A stretch of 64,000 nt of DNA from Octopus vulgaris. Lineage: Eukaryota. This document shows positions 59,861 through 64,000 of the stretch, piece by piece. The notes under the pieces are model-generated. The model ran no database searches. It worked only from the letters and a program-made list of their open reading frames with translations, and was not told where the DNA came from. A program made the position numbers and the translations under genes. The stretch lies in NCBI GenBank assembly GCA_951406725.2, contig OX597814.1, positions 104,160,001 to 104,224,000 of the forward strand, in the 5' to 3' direction. Position 1 is the first letter of the stretch. Every line of letters starts with the position of its first letter.

Positions 59861-62800
59861 AAGTATATTCTCAACGACATGAAACAAAGAAAGAAAAGGA
59901 AGAGAGAGAGCGAGAAGAAAGAGGAGAAATGAATATACGAGAAGGTGACTGAAGAAGAGAGAGATCGAAATAATGACATACAATTAAAAAGACCGATTAA
60001 CATTCCAGGAAATTGAACAGACTACCAAGTTAAATCATAGTGAAAATATAGTAATAATAAAAATTATTACAATTTACTGAATCAGTAAATGATTATAAAA
60101 GTGAAGTAGGAATCATTTAGATAATTATGATGAGATAATAATTGGATGATTAATATTCTAGGAAGTAGTTAATACTTTTATAAAAGATCAAAACTACAAG
60201 GATGGAAATAGAATAGAGAAGAATGGTAAGTAGCAGTGAAAATTGAAATGCAATTGATAAAAATGTATTTGTGATTTTATGAAAGTTGGAATCTTTAAAA
60301 TGGTTTTATTAAATTCATGTGAATAATGGATTAACATTAAAACTATTAATTAGTCCAGACTTAGAGCTTAGGATTTCAAGTGCCTCTATGCAACATAAAT
60401 TACAGCTGCTCCTCACCCTTTTTATATGGAAGTGCAGTTCATATAACTGACCACAAAACAATTAATTAATGTTTCTATATTCAAAGTCCCAAATATATTT
60501 TTTTAATGATGTATTATGTAACTTGTGTTTATTGACAACAATTTTATGTGCTTAGTCCATTTAGATTTGAATTTTGATAATGCAGCCTTGATATAGCAGT
60601 TTACTTCATGGGAGTCTGGATGGAACATTATATATGTCTATCATTGTTGTAGGGTTCCAAACGCAAGCCATGTTAAATGAATAATAGAATATGTGGGAAA
60701 AATCGGTTTTGTTCTGAGAGCCCAAGCAGTCCTGAGCATTGCAGATGGTCACTTTTATGGTCCAAGAAGAATCTTTGACTGATCACCAACATGTATTAAT
60801 CAAAGATCAATTTGTGATAAGCATAACACAACCTGCTCCTAGCATATCGTAAAGTGGCTCACGATCTTAAGGTTGTGAGATCGACTCCTGGTGGGACATT
60901 GTGTCCTTCAGCAACACACTTTAGTTCATGTCACCCCAGTTCATTCAACTGGCAAAAACGTACAGGCATTTCCAAAGGGCCGGCATTATCACATTGTGTG
61001 TTGCATTGAATGTTGAGTGTCTGTGGAGTGTTCAGCCATTTGCACATTAATTATACAAGCAGGCTGTTACATGGGTTCAATCAACTGGACCCTTATTGTT
61101 GTAACCAACAGAGTACCTGTAAAAACGTACCCTAATATCCCAGATCAGTACTCTATTAATCAGTGATAACTGAGGACATCATCATCATTTAATGTCTGCT
61201 TTCCATGCTGGCATGGGTTGGATGGTTGGACTGAGAACTGGTGAGCTGGGAGGCTGCACCAGGCTCCAATCTGATTTGGCAAAGTTTCTACAGCTGGATG
61301 CTCTTCCTAATGCCAACCACTCAGAGTGTAGTGGGTGCTTTTTATGTGCCACTGGCATGGGTGGCCAGTCAGGTGGCACTGGCATCAACAGATGTACTAA
61401 ATTTGGTGAGGAGCACTGGTTACTCAAAAGGCATTCATATTCATCCCTACAGTTACCAAACTATCAGGTTTACTAGCTAACAATGAAATATTAGTAGCAT
61501 TGTTACAAAAGCTATTGTATGGAGGAGGTTCAGAGTCAATAATATTCGTGTTAGATTCAGATGTATTATTAAAAGAAGAGCTGGAGACAAAAAAAGCTAC
61601 CAGCCCGATAACAATCAGGTATATAAGTTCTATTGCTATTTAATTTCATATCATCAATAAAAGCTGCATAATCAGTCAGATTAGGTGTTGTGGAATATCA
61701 AAATGTAACAGTGTGCCAACTAAATAATTTATGATATTTACTAGAAGTGGCAAGTGCCTTTCCAATGTGTGGGAGAAGGTTACAGGAATAAAATAAGGCT
61801 ACCTGAAGTCTTGAGAGGTGGGTTAAACAACAGAATTTTCAGCTTCAGCCATGCCTGGCCCTCGTGCCGGTGGCACATAAAAAGCACCATCCGTTCGTGG
61901 CCGTTTGCCAGCTCTGTCTGGCACCTGTGCGGGTGGCACGTAAAAAGCACCTACTACACTCACGGAGTGGTTGGCGTTAGAACCGTCCAACCCATGCTAG
62001 CATGGAAAAACGGACGCTAAACGACGACGATGATGATGATAATTTGCGTTCCATTATTGCTACTGTGCTAAGTAATATGATCCAATTTAGAATTCCATTA
62101 CAATTATGAGAGGAGTTGTGATTATGATTGCCACTAAGCATATCGTGCTTCTATTTAATTATATTATTTGGGTTAGTTATAAGGTGATCCTTTGAACTAC
62201 AAAGGTTTGCATTTTGGTTTTGATGAAAAGTAGAGAGGTGCTTCAATTTGTACTGCTGGGGACAGTTGTATCCACATTCGGCTTACAGCAATTCTCACAT
62301 GAGCCACATACATGCTGGTCCCCTAATCGTTATCATAACATCATTTCTGTCTGTTCTTGGAAATATTTTTACTTTGTCAATTAAATATAATTTAATTGAC
62401 AATTAAATATAATTTAATTGACAATTAAATATAATTGCTTACTGTTATTTCAATTAATATATACACTTGAAACAGAATTAGATTAACCACAACATTGCAA
62501 CGTTTCTATATACAGTATAAACATTGGTATATACATCCCAAATGTACAGGGGTACTGTTAGTAAGGCATGAGTTGGCTATAGGTACCCTGATGAATTTAG
62601 TGAAGGCGCAGGGCTGAGTGATTAGGAGATTAGGGTGTTCAGTACCCAGTGGTACCTTGTCTCCTTCAGCAGGACCCTTTATTTCACATTGCTCCAGTCC
62701 ACTCAGGTGGCAGAAATGTGTTGTACCTGTGTTACACTCTGTGTCGTACTGAATCTCCCTGAGAACTACATTAAGGGCACATGTGTCTGTGGAGTACTCA

Positions 62801-62879
62801 GTCACTTGCACGTTGATTTCATGAGCAAGCTGTTCCAATGATCGGATCAAATGGAACCCTCATCATTGTGACCAATGGA

Positions 62880-64000
62880 GAGCCTGTAGGTGTCCACCAA
62901 GAGTCTGTCCTCAGCCCCCTCCTATTCATCATAGTCCTCCAGGCCATATTAGAGGAATTTAAGACTGGAATCCCATGGGAACTACTATATGCTAATGATG
63001 TAAACCCTCATAACAGAATCTGTAACAGAATTAGAATAGAAATTCCAGATGTAGAAGCAAAATCTGGAATCAAAGGGTCTTAGAGCAAACTTAGCAAAGA
63101 CCAAGGTCCTGGTAAGCAGAAAATCAGACAGGACCCCTCACCCCTCTGGTAGCTGCATGATACGTAGGAAGGGTGCAGCCAGAAATTTTTTTCTGTACCC
63201 AGTGCAAACTATGGACACACAAAAGGAGCAGAGCCATAAAGACCACAGATAGAAGGGAAACAGATTTCCTCAAATGTCCCGGTGGCTCCCTGGAAGTTGT
63301 AGATAATTCTTGCTACATACGAGACCTAATTAGCAGGGGAGGAGGTTGTGTAATTGCAAGAGTAAGAATAGGATGGAGAAAGTTCAGAGAGCTTTATCCT
63401 CTGTTGGCAGCCAAAGTTCGCTTTCTCAAAGTGATGGGTAGATTGTATGATGCGTGAGTATGAACTGCGATGCTGCATGGTAGTGAGATGTGAGCCCAGG
63501 GACTGGAGGACATGTGAAGGCTGTAGAGGAACAAAGCTGGTATGCTCCACTGGTTGTGTGATGTCAGTTTGTATGTGCGGCAGAGGGAGAAGCTGGGCAT
63601 AAGAGGAGATGGATGCAGTGTGCAAGAGAAGAGACCATGCTTGTTTGGTCATGTGATGCGATGGATGAGGACAGTTGCATAAAGAAGTGCTAATCCCTTA
63701 AAGTAGATGGAAGTTGTGGAAGAAGGAGATGAGGAAGACATGAGATGAAGTATTGAAGACAGATCTCAAAATAGCGAACCTTACGAAGGAGATGACAGAA
63801 GACCGGGATATGTGGCGCTCAAGAAGACCCATGTGCAACAACAGAACTAAGATCCTAAAACCAAGGTGTCTTGTAAAAATCATTGGTGTATGCACCACAT
63901 GGAAGGCACTGGTAATGGGGTCAATGTAAAAAGTATCCGCTACACTCTGTAAGGTGGTTGGTGTTAGGAAGGGCATCTAACCATAGAAACCAAACCAAAT
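62880..64000 (+). mobile_element. RTE LINE 3' portion (RT through 3' UTR)
   Basis: VGVHQESVLSPLLFIIVL...PWELLYAND (YADD box), CTQCKLWTHKR, ARVRIGWRKFREL, running into the ggtggttggtgttaggaagggcatc tail. Confidence 0.85.

Overview
AT-rich, repeat-dense metazoan genomic DNA. The SINE/RTE repeat families look like those of Octopus (cephalopod); this is an inference from repeat sequence. The only host gene I can support is a plus-strand ERK1/2-type MAP kinase (MAPK1/rolled; TEY activation loop). Nine coding exons are reconstructed in one continuous frame from 22539 to 55274. Exon 1 is not found in the window, and the last visible exon is cut by a 100-N assembly gap. The main observation is that this ERK has three U12-type (minor spliceosome) GT-AG introns (GTATCCTT donors with branch boxes close to the AG). 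Two are consecutive and flank a symmetric 72-nt exon, giving a p38/JNK-like 72/80/79-nt exon layout rather than the human ERK1/2 layout (comparison recalled, needs checking). The introns hold decayed Helitrons, mariner/maT, piggyBac and hAT elements, RTE and Penelope-like retroelement pieces, several SINE families, a 46-bp minisatellite, long inverted repeats and three minimal type-I hammerhead-ribozyme-like motifs. Most ORF-track ORFs are spurious. I see no CRISPR array or prokaryotic-type system.
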